Notes under the pieces: generated by a model
What the model saw: only the letters and a program-made list of their open reading frames with translations
Told to the model about the DNA's origin: nothing
Databases searched by the model: none
Translations under genes and position numbers: made by a program
Assembly (NCBI GenBank): GCA_963666735.1
Contig: OY762926.1
Coordinates: 416,001-480,000, forward strand
DNA from: Gemmatimonadota bacterium
Lineage (GTDB): Bacteria; Gemmatimonadota; Gemmatimonadetes; Palauibacterales; Palauibacteraceae
DNA: 64,000 nt
Direction of reading: 5' to 3'
Shown here: piece after piece, positions 46,688 through 57,606 of the stretch
Layout: each line of letters begins with the position of its first letter
Position numbering within the stretch: position 1 is the first letter of the stretch

Positions 46688-48193
46688 ATGCGCGTGACCC
46701 GGGCGGTCGCCTTGGCGGCGATTCTCTCCTGTGCGGCGTGTGATGCGCCGTCCACCGGCGAGGCGGTGGCGGCCGATCATTCCCATGCCGGCGGCGGCGT
46801 CGTGACGCACTGGACCGAGTCGCTCGAACTCTTCGTCGAGTACCCTCCGCACGTCCGGGGGGTCGCGAGCGATCCGTGGGCCATCCACCTCACCTGGCTG
46901 GCGGACTGGAAACCGGTGCGGGAGGGGCGCCTCGTGCTCCTGCTGCGCGGACCCGGCGGCGCCCGCGAAGAGATCGTACTGCCGGCCCCGGCGAGCCCGG
47001 GGGTCTACGGCGCGAGCCCGACCCTCACGGAAACCGGGACCTGGCGGGCGGACCTGACTCTCACGGCCCGCGGCGCGGACCATGCGATTCCGGTGGGACA
47101 GTTGCGGGTGTACGAAAGCGAGGATGCGCTGCCACACGACGTGGAGCAGCCGCTTCCGGGGTTGATCGCGCTCCCGAAGGAAGAGCAGTGGGCGATGCCG
47201 TTCGAGGTGACGGTCGCGGAGATGCGCCGGATTCCGAACTCGATCCCGGTGACCGGGGAACTCGCGGCCCCCGCGCGCGGCCTCGCCTACGTCTCGACAC
47301 CGGTGGAAGGCCTCGTGCTCGTCCAAGGGCCATCGCCCGCACCCGGCGAGGTCGTGCGGGAGGGAGAGACATTGGCCTTGATCGCCCCGACGAGCCTCGA
47401 CGATTCGTACGCACGCATGCGCGCGGACGTGGAGGAGGCCGGGCGCGAGGCGGACCGGATGGAGCGCCTATTCGCAGCCGGGGCTATTGCGGAGAGCCGC
47501 CTCGAGGGGGCGCGGCATGACCTCGACGTGGCACGGGCGGCCTTCGAGGTGGTGGGCGGCGTTCAACCCGGCGAGGAGGGCGCCGGTCCCGACCCGCACG
47601 TCTACCGGCTTCGGAGTCCGATCGGGGGAGTGATCGCCGACCGCCGGGTGGCCCCCGGCGAGCACGTCGCCACCGGGACGCATGCGTTCACGGTCGTGCG
47701 CCCCGATACGCTGTGGTTCGTCGCGCGGGTTCCGGCGCGCTACGCGGAAGCGGCGAGCGAAGTGCGTGGCACATGGTTCACCGTTGAAGGCACGACCCAC
47801 ACGCACGCCGCCGATCGCGTGGTATCGGTGGGGAGCATCATCGATGCCGGGAGCCGTACGCTGCCGGTCCGGTTCGCGGTCGCGAACGCGGGCGGAGAAC
47901 TCAAGGTGGGGATGCTGGCCGAGGGACATCTGCTGCTCGGTGAACCACTGGAAGGCGTGGCCGTCCCGGCGCCGGCGATCCTGGACGAGGACGGGCTCTC
48001 CGTCGTCTACGTCAAGGTTGGCGGCGAAGCGTTTCAACGGCGAGTCGTGGAGACCGGCCCCTCCGACGGGTTGTGGACCATCGTTCACTCCGGCGTGGCG
48101 AGCGGGGAACAGGTGGTCGCCGTCGGCGCCTATCAGGTGAGGCTGGCCTCCCTCGGCGACGTGGAGGTCTCGGACCACGGGCACCCGCACTGA
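46688..48193 (+). CDS. RND efflux periplasmic adaptor (CusB/CzcB-like)
   Basis: Lipobox; ELFVEYP; membrane fusion protein core LRSPIGG; C-terminal HGHPH. Confidence 0.9.
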   Translation: MRVTRAVALAAILSCAACDAPSTGEAVAADHSHAGGGVVTHWTESLELFVEYPPHVRGVASDPWAIHLTWLADWKPVREGRLVLLLRGPGGAREEIVLPAPASPGVYGASPTLTETGTWRADLTLTARGADHAIPVGQLRVYESEDALPHDVEQPLPGLIALPKEEQWAMPFEVTVAEMRRIPNSIPVTGELAAPARGLAYVSTPVEGLVLVQGPSPAPGEVVREGETLALIAPTSLDDSYARMRADVEEAGREADRMERLFAAGAIAESRLEGARHDLDVARAAFEVVGGVQPGEEGAGPDPHVYRLRSPIGGVIADRRVAPGEHVATGTHAFTVVRPDTLWFVARVPARYAEAASEVRGTWFTVEGTTHTHAADRVVSVGSIIDAGSRTLPVRFAVANAGGELKVGMLAEGHLLLGEPLEGVAVPAPAILDEDGLSVVYVKVGGEAFQRRVVETGPSDGLWTIVHSGVASGEQVVAVGAYQVRLASLGDVEVSDHGHPH

Positions 48194-48203
48194 GGACCCC
48201 GGG

Positions 48204-51200
48204 ATGAGCGTTCCCGGACCCTCAGGAGACCGGCCGGGCCTCCTGCACGGACTGTTGGACCGGCTCGTCCATGCCTCGCTGGAGAACCGCTTTCTCGCCG
48301 TGGCCGCCGGGATCCTTCTCCTGGGGGGCGGGGGATGGGTGGGGGCCACGCTGCCCGTCGACGTCTTTCCCGACCTCACCGCTCCCACGGTGACGGTGCT
48401 CAGCGACGCTCACGGGTTGGCCCCGGAAGAGGTCGAGAGTCTCGTCACCTTCCCGATCGAAACAGCGGTGAACGGCGCGGCCGGCGTGCGCCGGGTCCGG
48501 TCGAGTTCGGCTCAGGGGATCAGCATCGTCTGGGTGGATTTCGACTGGGGGACGGACATCCTCCGCGCCCGGCAGGTCGTGAACGAGCGGCTTCAACTCG
48601 CCGCGGCCCAACTGCCCGACGACGTGAGCGCGCCTGTCCTCGCGCCCGTGAGTTCGATCATGGGGGAGATCCTGCTCGTCGGCATGACCGCGCCCGCCCC
48701 GCGACTCATGGAGGCGCGGACGGCCGCCGACTGGACCGTCCGGCGAAGATTGCTTGCCGTGCCCGGGGTGTCGCAGGTGGTCTCGATCGGCGGTCAGGTG
48801 CGCCAGTACCAGATCCTGATCCACCCCGAGCGCCTGCTCGCATACGGCGTCGGGCTCGACCAGGTGCTGGAGGCGGCGGCGGGGTCGAACCGGAACGCGT
48901 CCGGAGGCGTCTATCGTTCGGGCGGGCGCGAGATCCTGATCCGCGGCATCGGCCGCGCGCGCGACCTCGAGGAGATCGGCCTGACCGTCGTCGCCGTCAG
49001 GGAGGAAGTACCGGTCCTCATCGAGGACCTGGCCGAAGTACGAATCGGTCCGCGCGTCCGGCTCGGGACCGCTTCCGTGAACGCGGAGCCCGCGGTCGTC
49101 CTATCGATCCAGAAACAGCCCGGTGCCAACACGCTGGAGCTGACGGAGCGGATCGACGCCGAACTGAACGAGATCGAGGCGGAACTTCCGACGGGCGTGG
49201 CCTTCGAGAGGGCCGTGTTCCGACAGGCCGATTTCATATCGCTCGCCGTGGAAAACGTGATCGACGCCCTGCGCGACGGCGCGTTGCTCGTCATCGCGGT
49301 GCTCCTGCTTTTTCTGTGGAACCTCAGGACGACGGCGATTTCCGTGCTCGCGATCCCGCTCTCGCTGGCCCTGGCCGTCATCGTGCTGCGGCTCCTCGGG
49401 GGCACGATCAACACGATGACGCTAGGCGGCATGGCCATCGCGATCGGCGCGCTGGTCGATGACGCGATCATCGTGGTCGAGAACGTGCACCGCCGCCTGC
49501 GCGAAGACCGCCGCCGCCCGCCGGAGCGCCGGCGACGGCCGCTGACGCTCGTCCGGGATGCGGCCCGGGAGATCCGGAACCCGATCCTGAGCGCGACCCT
49601 CATCATCTCCATCGTCTTCGTCCCGCTCTTCTTCCTGTCCGGCGTGGAAGGGCGCATGCTCCGGCCGCTGGGACTGGCCTACATCGTGAGCATCCTCTCA
49701 TCACTGCTCGTCGCCGTCACGGTCACGCCGGCCCTCTGCCACATGCTCATGCCGGGAGATCGCGCGATCTCCCGCCCGCGCGAGCCGTGGCTGATGCGTG
49801 GGCTCGAACGGGCGTACGGGCGCGTCCTCGACGGGGCGCTTCGGCGTTCCGGGGCCGTGCTTGGCGGAGCGGCGCTCCTGCTTCTCGGCACTCTGGCTCT
49901 CGTGCCCTCGCTGGGACGCGGATTCCTGCCCGAGTTCCAGGAGGGGACGCTGACCATCTCCGTCGTGAGTCTGCCCGGGACGTCGTTGGTGGAGTCCGAC
50001 GCGATCGGGGCCCGCGTGGAGCGCCAACTCCTGGCCCACCCCGCCGTCGTCTCCACCTCGCGGCGGACCGGCCGGGCCGAACTGGACGAGCACGCCCAGG
50101 GCGCGAACGCCTCCGAGGTCGACGCGCGGCTGGACCTTTCGGAGCACGGCATCGAGGAGGTCATGGCCGCGCTCCGCGACGACCTGGCGGGGCTCCCCGG
50201 GACGAACGTCACGATCGGGCAGCCGATCGGCCACCGGATCGATCACATGCTCTCGGGCACGCGGGCGGCCATCGCGGCCAACCTGTTCGGGCCCGATCTC
50301 CGGCAACTGCGGGACATCGCCGCGGAGATCGAGACCGTGGCGGGGACGGTGGAGGGTCTGGTGGATGTATCCGTAGAGAGGCAGGCGGACATCCCCCAGC
50401 TTCAGATCCGCGCCGACCGCCGCGCGATGGCCCGTCACGGCGTCACGCCGGCGGCGATGGCGGTGGCCGTGGATGTCGCGTTTCAGGGGGAGGAGGTGTC
50501 GCTCATCCGGGAAGGGGACCGCGCCTTCGACCTCGTGGTTCGCTACGCCGACGAACACCGAACGGATCCCGAGGCGATCGGCGGCACGCTGATGACGACG
50601 CCGGCGGGCGCTACCGTGCCGCTGTCGCAACTCGCTTCGATCGTGCCGTCTTTGGGCCCGAACGCGATCAGCCGCGAGAACGTGCAACGGAAGATCGTCG
50701 TGAGCGCGAACGTTGCGGGGCGCGACGTGGGCGGAGCCGCGGAGGAGCTAGAGGAGCGGGTCGCCGCGGAGGTCCAACTGCCGCCGGGCTACTACGTCCG
50801 GTACGGGGGGCAGTTCGAGAGCGGGCGGGAGGCGACGCGGCGCATCACGCTGCTCTCGCTGTTCTCGATCGCCGCCATCTTCCTCATCATGTTCCGAGCT
50901 TTCGGGAGCGCCCGGATCGCGGCCCTTCTCATGGTGAACCTGCCCCTGGCGCTGGCGGGAGGCGTGCTCGCGGTGCTGCTCATCGGCGGCACCGTGAACA
51001 TCGCGACGCTGGTCGGGTTCATCACGCTGTTCGGCATCGCGGTGCGCAACGGGATCCTTCTCGTGAGCCGCTATCAGGATCTGCGGGCGGCGGGCGCCGA
51101 GCTCGGCCCGAGCATCCGGCGCGGCTCCCTGGAACGTCTCAGCCCCATCCTGATGACGGCGCTCACGGCGGGCCTCGCGCTCGTCCCGCTCGCGCTCGGC

Positions 51201-51383
51201 ATCGGGGAACCGGGCAAGGAGATTCAGGCCCCGCTCGCCGTCGTCGTGCTCGGAGGGCTCCTGACGTCCACCGCGCTCAACATGGTCGTCGTTCCGGCTC
51301 TCTTCCTGCGCTTCGCCGGGCCCCTCAGCGGAAGCGGCCGAGGGAGAACGGGGACAGGTCCCGGGACGGCGGCTCGTCCGTGA
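48204..51383 (+). CDS. Heavy-metal RND efflux permease (CusA/CzcA family)
   Basis: LPVDVFPDL, GALVDDAIIVVEN, ERLSPILMT. Confidence 0.95.
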   Translation: MSVPGPSGDRPGLLHGLLDRLVHASLENRFLAVAAGILLLGGGGWVGATLPVDVFPDLTAPTVTVLSDAHGLAPEEVESLVTFPIETAVNGAAGVRRVRSSSAQGISIVWVDFDWGTDILRARQVVNERLQLAAAQLPDDVSAPVLAPVSSIMGEILLVGMTAPAPRLMEARTAADWTVRRRLLAVPGVSQVVSIGGQVRQYQILIHPERLLAYGVGLDQVLEAAAGSNRNASGGVYRSGGREILIRGIGRARDLEEIGLTVVAVREEVPVLIEDLAEVRIGPRVRLGTASVNAEPAVVLSIQKQPGANTLELTERIDAELNEIEAELPTGVAFERAVFRQADFISLAVENVIDALRDGALLVIAVLLLFLWNLRTTAISVLAIPLSLALAVIVLRLLGGTINTMTLGGMAIAIGALVDDAIIVVENVHRRLREDRRRPPERRRRPLTLVRDAAREIRNPILSATLIISIVFVPLFFLSGVEGRMLRPLGLAYIVSILSSLLVAVTVTPALCHMLMPGDRAISRPREPWLMRGLERAYGRVLDGALRRSGAVLGGAALLLLGTLALVPSLGRGFLPEFQEGTLTISVVSLPGTSLVESDAIGARVERQLLAHPAVVSTSRRTGRAELDEHAQGANASEVDARLDLSEHGIEEVMAALRDDLAGLPGTNVTIGQPIGHRIDHMLSGTRAAIAANLFGPDLRQLRDIAAEIETVAGTVEGLVDVSVERQADIPQLQIRADRRAMARHGVTPAAMAVAVDVAFQGEEVSLIREGDRAFDLVVRYADEHRTDPEAIGGTLMTTPAGATVPLSQLASIVPSLGPNAISRENVQRKIVVSANVAGRDVGGAAEELEERVAAEVQLPPGYYVRYGGQFESGREATRRITLLSLFSIAAIFLIMFRAFGSARIAALLMVNLPLALAGGVLAVLLIGGTVNIATLVGFITLFGIAVRNGILLVSRYQDLRAAGAELGPSIRRGSLERLSPILMTALTAGLALVPLALGIGEPGKEIQAPLAVVVLGGLLTSTALNMVVVPALFLRFAGPLSGSGRGRTGTGPGTAARP

Positions 51384-52443
51384 GAAGGTCCGCCATGAGT
51401 CCGCCGAGGACCGGCAGAAACTTGAACGCGTGACCCGAGCCCCCCGCGAAGATGGCGATGCGGGAATGGTCGGGGTGGCGGTCCAGAATGAAGTCCTCGT
51501 CGGGCGTGTTCGTGTAGAGGCAGACGGACGCGTGGGTGAGGGGGCCCGCCACGCCCGGCGCGTGCCGCGCGAACAGCCTCCGCAGTGCCTCCGCCCCGGC
51601 GTCGCCCGCCTCGCGGTCGACCCGCTCGATATCGGTTCCGCGTCCCGCCTGGAAGTGCATCCCCGCCTTGAGGCCTCGCGCCGTCGGGGGGAAGCCGTAC
51701 CAGGTGCCCTCCCGTTCGAGTTCCCACACCCAGGCGGGACCCTCCGCCAGCGCGCCCGCATGCTCCCCGGCAGGTTCGAACCAGTACTGCACCGTGCGCT
51801 CCACTTCGAGCGGGAGGGCCAGCCCGGGAAGCAATTGCGGCGTCCAGGCTCCCGCCGCGATTGCTAGCCGCCGCGCCGCGTATTCCCCTCGTTCGGTCCG
51901 GATCCGGACGCCCGAGGCCGACGCGGACCACTCGATCGCGGGCTCGTCGAAGCGCAGGTCCGCGCCCTCCGCCGCCTCCAGCGTCGCTTCGAGACAGGCC
52001 TCCAGCGAGAGAATCGCGGCGCCCGGTTCGTAGATGGCGACGGTCCCCGGATCCGGCCGAAGCCAGGGGAAGCGCTCGGCGACCTCCTCCGCGGAGAGAA
52101 AGAGGTCGTCGGTGTCCGGCTGCGCGACGCCGCGCAGCGGGCTCCCCGCGAACACGCGGCCATCCGGCGGCCCCATCATGAGGGCGCCCGCAGTCCGCAC
52201 CAGGCTCCTGCCGGACGTGCGTTCGAGGTGCGCCCAGCTCCGGTGGGCATCGCGAACCAGCGGCACGTAGGGAGAACCCCGATACCAGGCCTCGCGGATC
52301 ATCCGCGTGTCGCTGTGGGCCGATCCCATCGTGTGCGGGGGCGCGTAGCGGTCGAATCCCACCACCGCATGTCCGCGCCGGACCAATTCGGCCGCAGTCG
52401 CGCTTCCGATGGCTCCGAGCCCGATGACGGCGAAGTCGTGCAT
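51325..52443 (-). CDS. solA: N-methyl-L-tryptophan oxidase / monomeric sarcosine oxidase
   Basis: VIGLGAIG, GSAHSDTRMIR, CLYTNTPD, GSGHAFKF. Confidence 0.85.
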   Translation of the reverse strand: MHDFAVIGLGAIGSATAAELVRRGHAVVGFDRYAPPHTMGSAHSDTRMIREAWYRGSPYVPLVRDAHRSWAHLERTSGRSLVRTAGALMMGPPDGRVFAGSPLRGVAQPDTDDLFLSAEEVAERFPWLRPDPGTVAIYEPGAAILSLEACLEATLEAAEGADLRFDEPAIEWSASASGVRIRTERGEYAARRLAIAAGAWTPQLLPGLALPLEVERTVQYWFEPAGEHAGALAEGPAWVWELEREGTWYGFPPTARGLKAGMHFQAGRGTDIERVDREAGDAGAEALRRLFARHAPGVAGPLTHASVCLYTNTPDEDFILDRHPDHSRIAIFAGGSGHAFKFLPVLGGLMADLLTDEPPSRDLSPFSLGRFR

Positions 52444-52459
52444 GGCGAGGCGGACCGGC

Positions 52460-54253
52460 TCAGTTTCCGATTCTGGGGAAAACGAGCTGCTGATCCGCCT
52501 CCACCACCGACACGGCCCCCGCGATGCCCTCCGCGATTTCGAACACGAGCTGCACGGCCGAACCGTGCAGCAGGAAAGTCGTCGGGGACTGGGGGAGCAG
52601 CGGAAACGCGTCCTCGCCCGTGCGGGCGGCCATGAGAACGCCATCCTCGAGCGTGACGGTCAGGGTCGTGGCCGGGTCGACCCGGTACTCGCCCGCCAGA
52701 GAGGACAGATCCCCGGGCTCCACGCGCACGACGGGGAGCCGCAGCGCCGGATCGGGTTCGACGCCCAGATCGGACAGGCGCTCAAGAAGGCGGGGCATGC
52801 CGGGGTTGTATGTCAGCGCGTCCCGGATGTGGGCGGACGCCGCTTCCGGGGCCCCGACTTCCTCGTGAAGTTCGGACAGCGCGAAGCGGACGAGAGGGGT
52901 CTCGGGCGTTCCGGCCGCGTAGGCCTCGAGGATCGCAATGGCCGTATCCGGGTCGTCCTCCCGGAAATGGCCCGCGAACCGCAGGATCTGGCCGGAGGAG
53001 TAGTCGTATTCCTCCGGTCGCGTCCGCCGCCAGTTGTCGTACCTCGACATCGCCGCCTCGACCCCGCCCGCCTGGACGATCGGCAGCAGCCGCTCCGCGA
53101 TCGACGGTTTCGGCCGCACGGCTTCGGCGCCCCACAGCACATTCGTCAGACCCTGCACGAGCGGTCCCAGGTCGGAGGATGTGTTGTCCAGCAGCACGAT
53201 GAGGCGTCCGTGGTCCGGGAAGACGCGCAGGTGGGAGGAGAAGCCGAAGATCCCTCCCGAGTGTTCGATCGCGCGCACGCCGAGGTCGCGCTCGATATCC
53301 CGCCTCCGCACGCCCACGCCGTACCCGTACGACCCGGATTCGAGGCCCGGGGTCGTCATCCGCGCCAGCGTCTCCGTATCCCGGAACAGGTTCCCTTCAA
53401 CGAAGAGGCCCGTGGCCCAGCGAGCGAGGTCGCCGACGGTGGAGTACAGCATGCCGGCGGAGTAGGGCACGGACGGGTCGATGAGACGCGCCGGCCGATA
53501 GCCGACGAGATCGCGGGTGTGTCCGCGTGCGTGGCCCTCCGGCGGCCAAAGCCCGTAATCGTATCCGGTATCGCGCAGTTCCAGCGGGTCGAGCACGTAC
53601 GTGCGGAGCGCTTCGTCGTAGCTCAAGCCGGTGACCCGTTCCGCGATCCAGCCGAGGAGCACGTAGCCCGAGTTCGAATACTCGAAGTCGGTCCCCGGTT
53701 CGAACGAAGGCGGATCTTCCCACGTGAGGGCGATGATCTCGTCCGGCGAGAACGGGGTCGCGGCCTCCCACTCCATGAACCCCGGCATGTTCGTGTAGCT
53801 CGGCAGCCCCGATGTGTGGGTGAGCAGGTGGTGGAGCGTGATTCGTTCCGCGTATTCCGGCGGATATTCCTCGATATGGCGGCCCACGGGATCCTCGACC
53901 CGCAGCAGTCCCTCCTCCTCGAGTCTGAGGATCAGCGCGGCCGTGAACTGCTTCGTCAGCGAGGCGATGCGGAACCGCGTGCTCAGGGCATTGGCGCCCC
54001 CTGCCGTGAAGTCGGATTGGCCGAACGCTCCCTCGAACAGGACCTCGCCGTCATCGACGATCAGGGCCGCGCCGTTGAAGAGTCCCAGATCATGGAAGGA
54101 CCGGAGGTAGCCTTCCGCGCGGCCGGCACGCGACTGCGCCTCGACGGCGGACGCGAGCCCGAAGGCGAGCACCGCGGCAAGACCGTACTTCCAGGCGGAT
54201 TTTCTGTGCCGATACAAGCGGGATCCTTCCGTAGAGCGGCAAGGAGCCGGCAA
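52460..54253 (-). CDS. Serine hydrolase (beta-lactamase class C fold) + TPR + DUF3471-like; start approximate
   Basis: FRIASLTK, LLTHTSG, YSNSGY, HSGG. Confidence 0.88.
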   Translation of the reverse strand: MPAPCRSTEGSRLYRHRKSAWKYGLAAVLAFGLASAVEAQSRAGRAEGYLRSFHDLGLFNGAALIVDDGEVLFEGAFGQSDFTAGGANALSTRFRIASLTKQFTAALILRLEEEGLLRVEDPVGRHIEEYPPEYAERITLHHLLTHTSGLPSYTNMPGFMEWEAATPFSPDEIIALTWEDPPSFEPGTDFEYSNSGYVLLGWIAERVTGLSYDEALRTYVLDPLELRDTGYDYGLWPPEGHARGHTRDLVGYRPARLIDPSVPYSAGMLYSTVGDLARWATGLFVEGNLFRDTETLARMTTPGLESGSYGYGVGVRRRDIERDLGVRAIEHSGGIFGFSSHLRVFPDHGRLIVLLDNTSSDLGPLVQGLTNVLWGAEAVRPKPSIAERLLPIVQAGGVEAAMSRYDNWRRTRPEEYDYSSGQILRFAGHFREDDPDTAIAILEAYAAGTPETPLVRFALSELHEEVGAPEAASAHIRDALTYNPGMPRLLERLSDLGVEPDPALRLPVVRVEPGDLSSLAGEYRVDPATTLTVTLEDGVLMAARTGEDAFPLLPQSPTTFLLHGSAVQLVFEIAEGIAGAVSVVEADQQLVFPRIGN

Positions 54254-54301
54254 GGAGCCGGAAAGCTCGCGTCCCCCGAACGAAAGAGATAGGATCGCAT
54301 C

Positions 54302-55834
54302 ATGCGCTCGAACTCAAGTCGGCAGCGGTCCCGGATCCTGGAACTGGAGGAGGCTGCGCGGCCGCTCGACCCCGACGCGGGCGAGCGCGACCGCCTCATG
54401 GCCGAAGTACACGCCTACGCGCAGGGGTTCCTGAGCGGGCTTCCCGAACGACCCGCCTACCGGCAGGACAAGTCGGCCGTCGCGAAGATCCGGGAACTCG
54501 GCGTCGGGAGCGACGCGCGGTCCGTGGAGCGGTCCATCGAGCGGCTCATCGAGCGGATCGATGAATCCGTCGTGGGGGCGGGACTCGTGCCCTCCCACGG
54601 CGGGCACCTCGGGTACATCCCCGGCGGCGGCATCTACGCCTCTTCGCTCGCCGACTACCTCGCGGCCGTCACGAACGAATACGCCGGCGTGCGCTTTACG
54701 GGCCCCGGCGCCGTCGAGATGGAGAACGTCGTGCTCGGCTGGATGGCGCGTTTCACGGGGTATCCGGCCACATGCGCGGGGAACCTTGCCTCGGGAGGCT
54801 CGATCGCGAGCCTGATCGCCGTCGTCACCGCCCGCGAGGCGGCCGGACTTCGCGCCCGCGACTACGAGCGGGCGGTCGTCTACTCGTCGTCCCACCTGCA
54901 CCACTGCCTGCACAAGGCGCTCAGAATGGCCGGCGTGGGAGAGGCGGTGCGGCGCGATGTCCCGCTGGACGGGGACTTTCGGATGCGGGCGAACGCGCTC
55001 GCCGAACTCGTGGCGGAGGACCGCGCGCGCGGACTCCGCCCCTGGCTCGTATTCGCATCGGCCGGCACGGTGGACATCGGCGCCATCGACCCGCTCGCCG
55101 AGATCGGGGACGTGGCCGAGCGCGAGGATCTCTGGTTCCACGTGGACGGTGCCTACGGCGGCTTTTTCGGCCTGCTCGAGGAGATCCGGCCCGCGCTGGC
55201 GGGGCTGGAACGCTCGGATTCCCTCGTTCTCGATCCGCACAAGGGCATGTTCCTCCCCTACGGAACGGGCGCCGTGCTGGTTCGCGACGGAAAGGCCCTG
55301 GCCGAGGCGCACGCGTCCGGCGCCAGCTATCTGCAGGACACGGTCGAGGCCGAGCGCTGGGGACCCTCTCCCGCCGCCGTGTCGCCCGAGCTCACGAAGC
55401 ACTTTCGCGGACTGCGGGTCTGGCTGCCCCTTCTTCTTCACGGGGAGGGCCCGTTCAGGGCCTGCCTCCGTGAGAAGCTCGAACTCGCGCGATACTTCCA
55501 CGGCAAGATCGAGGCGCTCGGGTTCGAGGTGGGGCCGGAGCCGCAACTCTCCGTGGTGACCTACCGCTGGGTGCCGGAGTTCGGCGACGCGAACGCATTC
55601 AACCGGGCCCTCGTGGAAGAGACGCACCGCGATGGCCGGATCTTCCTCTCCTCGACGACGATCGATGGGACGGTCTGGCTGCGGATGGCGGCGCTCGCCT
55701 TCCGCACGCACCTCCATACCATCGACCTGGCGCTCGAAGTCCTTGCGGAGGCCGTGGAGCGGCTCGCGGCCCACCCCGAGCGCTGGCGCTCCGCGCCACG
55801 CGCCGAAGCTCTCGCCGGAGGAAGCGGCGGCTGA
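54302..55834 (+). CDS. PLP-dependent group II amino-acid decarboxylase
   Basis: HVDGAYGG, DPHKG, HFRGLRVW. Confidence 0.9.
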   Translation: MRSNSSRQRSRILELEEAARPLDPDAGERDRLMAEVHAYAQGFLSGLPERPAYRQDKSAVAKIRELGVGSDARSVERSIERLIERIDESVVGAGLVPSHGGHLGYIPGGGIYASSLADYLAAVTNEYAGVRFTGPGAVEMENVVLGWMARFTGYPATCAGNLASGGSIASLIAVVTAREAAGLRARDYERAVVYSSSHLHHCLHKALRMAGVGEAVRRDVPLDGDFRMRANALAELVAEDRARGLRPWLVFASAGTVDIGAIDPLAEIGDVAEREDLWFHVDGAYGGFFGLLEEIRPALAGLERSDSLVLDPHKGMFLPYGTGAVLVRDGKALAEAHASGASYLQDTVEAERWGPSPAAVSPELTKHFRGLRVWLPLLLHGEGPFRACLREKLELARYFHGKIEALGFEVGPEPQLSVVTYRWVPEFGDANAFNRALVEETHRDGRIFLSSTTIDGTVWLRMAALAFRTHLHTIDLALEVLAEAVERLAAHPERWRSAPRAEALAGGSGG

Positions 55835-57606
55835 TGGCGGGCTCCAGCCCCGCGCTCCCCCGCCAGGACGTGCGCTTCGAGCCGGACGAGCGCCCCCCGC
55901 TGCCCATCGCCGCCGGACTCGGCCTCCAGTACGCGCTCATCTGCCTCGCCAGCATCGTGCTCACGCCGACGGTGATGATCACGGTTGCGGGCGGCAGCGA
56001 CGCCTACCTGTCGTGGGCGGTGTTCGCGGCCCTCCTCATCAGCGGGCTCACGACGGCGATCCAGGCGCGCAGCGTGGGGCGGATCGGCGCGGGCTACATC
56101 CTCGTCATGGGGAGCACGAGCGCCTTCCTCGCGGTGAGCGTATCCGCCCTCGAGCAGGGAGGGCCGGGGATGCTCGCGCTCCTGATCATCGCGTCCTCGC
56201 TGATTCAGTTCGTTCTCGCCTCCAGGATGGCGTTGTTGCGGCGGATCTTCACGCCCACCGTGGCGGGCACCGTGCTCATGCTCATCCCGGTGACGCTCGC
56301 CCCGATGATCCTGCAGAAGCTGGGTGAGGTGCCGATGGGGGCATCGCCGGCCGCGGGGCCGGTCACGGCAATCGTGACGTTGGCGGTCATGGTGCTGGTT
56401 CCGCTCAGGTTTTCCGGCGCGCTTCGGCTCTGGGCACCGGCCCTGGGGATCGTCGCAGGGTGTCTCGTCGCCGGCCTCGGGTTCGGGATCTACGACCTGT
56501 CCACCGTCTCCGCGGCCCGCTGGATCGGCCTGCCGGACCTGGCATATCCCGGGCTCGACCTGAGTCTCCGGCCCGAGTTCTGGGCCCTGCTGCCGTCCTT
56601 CGTGATGGTGACGCTCGTGGGCGCCATGGACACGCTCGGGGACGCGATCGCGATTCAGAGGGTCTCATGGCGCAGGCCGCGCGCCATCGACTTTCGCTCC
56701 ATCCAGGGCGCGATCTCCGCTGACGGCGTGGGAAATCTCCTCTCGGGTCTCGCGGGAACCGTGCCGAATACGACCTACGGCATGAGCATCGCCGTCGCCG
56801 AACTCACCGGCGTCGCCTCCCGAGCCATCGGGATCTGCGTCGGCATCGTCTTCATGGCGTTCGCCTTTCTGCCGAAACTCCTCTCCCTCATCATCGCGAT
56901 ACCGGGCCCGGTCGTGGCGGCCTACTTCGTCGTGATCGTGGCGTTGATCTTCGTCTTCGGGATGAAGATCCTGCTCCAGGAGGGGCTGGATTATCGCAAC
57001 GGCCTCGTGGTCGGCGTCGCGTTCTGGATGGGGATCGCCTTCCAGTTCGACTGGATCTACCCCGAATACTTCCAGGGGGCCTGGGCGGAACTCCTCGGCA
57101 ACGGCATGACTGTCGGCGGTTTCACGGTGATCCTCCTCACGATCCTCGGGACCGGCGGCCGTCGGTCCCGATTGAAGACGCGGTTGTCGGACGATACCTG
57201 GTCGGAGGTCGACGCCTTCCTGGTGAGGTTCGCCGCGCGCAACGGCTGGGACGAGGACATGGAAACGCGTCTGCGCGCGGTGGGCGAAGAGACGGTGCAT
57301 ATCCTCGCCCGCGAGAAGGCGCGGGATGCGCGCGATGCGCCGGAAGTGACGCGCAATCTGTTGGTCATCGCGCGCGGCGATGGTCCCTCGGCGGATATCG
57401 AGTTCATTGCGACGTCGGACGAGAAGAACGTCGAGGATCAGTTGGCGATGCTCAGCGAGGCGGCCGTGGGCGTCCCCGTCGAAGCGGAGACGCCGCTGCG
57501 GCTGCTGAGGCACTACGCTTCCTCGATCCGCCACCAGCAGTACCACGACATCGATATCCTCACGATCCGCGTCGAGTCCGCCCGCCAGGTGGCCAGGGAC
57601 TTCTAG
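55834..57606 (+). CDS. NCS2 (xanthine/uracil permease) family transporter with C-terminal cytoplasmic extension
   Basis: GLGLQ, ADGVGNLLSG, PNTTY, LTGVASR. Confidence 0.85.
   Translation: MAGSSPALPRQDVRFEPDERPPLPIAAGLGLQYALICLASIVLTPTVMITVAGGSDAYLSWAVFAALLISGLTTAIQARSVGRIGAGYILVMGSTSAFLAVSVSALEQGGPGMLALLIIASSLIQFVLASRMALLRRIFTPTVAGTVLMLIPVTLAPMILQKLGEVPMGASPAAGPVTAIVTLAVMVLVPLRFSGALRLWAPALGIVAGCLVAGLGFGIYDLSTVSAARWIGLPDLAYPGLDLSLRPEFWALLPSFVMVTLVGAMDTLGDAIAIQRVSWRRPRAIDFRSIQGAISADGVGNLLSGLAGTVPNTTYGMSIAVAELTGVASRAIGICVGIVFMAFAFLPKLLSLIIAIPGPVVAAYFVVIVALIFVFGMKILLQEGLDYRNGLVVGVAFWMGIAFQFDWIYPEYFQGAWAELLGNGMTVGGFTVILLTILGTGGRRSRLKTRLSDDTWSEVDAFLVRFAARNGWDEDMETRLRAVGEETVHILAREKARDARDAPEVTRNLLVIARGDGPSADIEFIATSDEKNVEDQLAMLSEAAVGVPVEAETPLRLLRHYASSIRHQQYHDIDILTIRVESARQVARDF

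Noticed and set aside
52460..54253. Antibiotic-resistance beta-lactamase
   Set aside because: SxxK/YxN fold with TPR and DUF3471-like domains is a generic serine hydrolase; there is no evidence for resistance.
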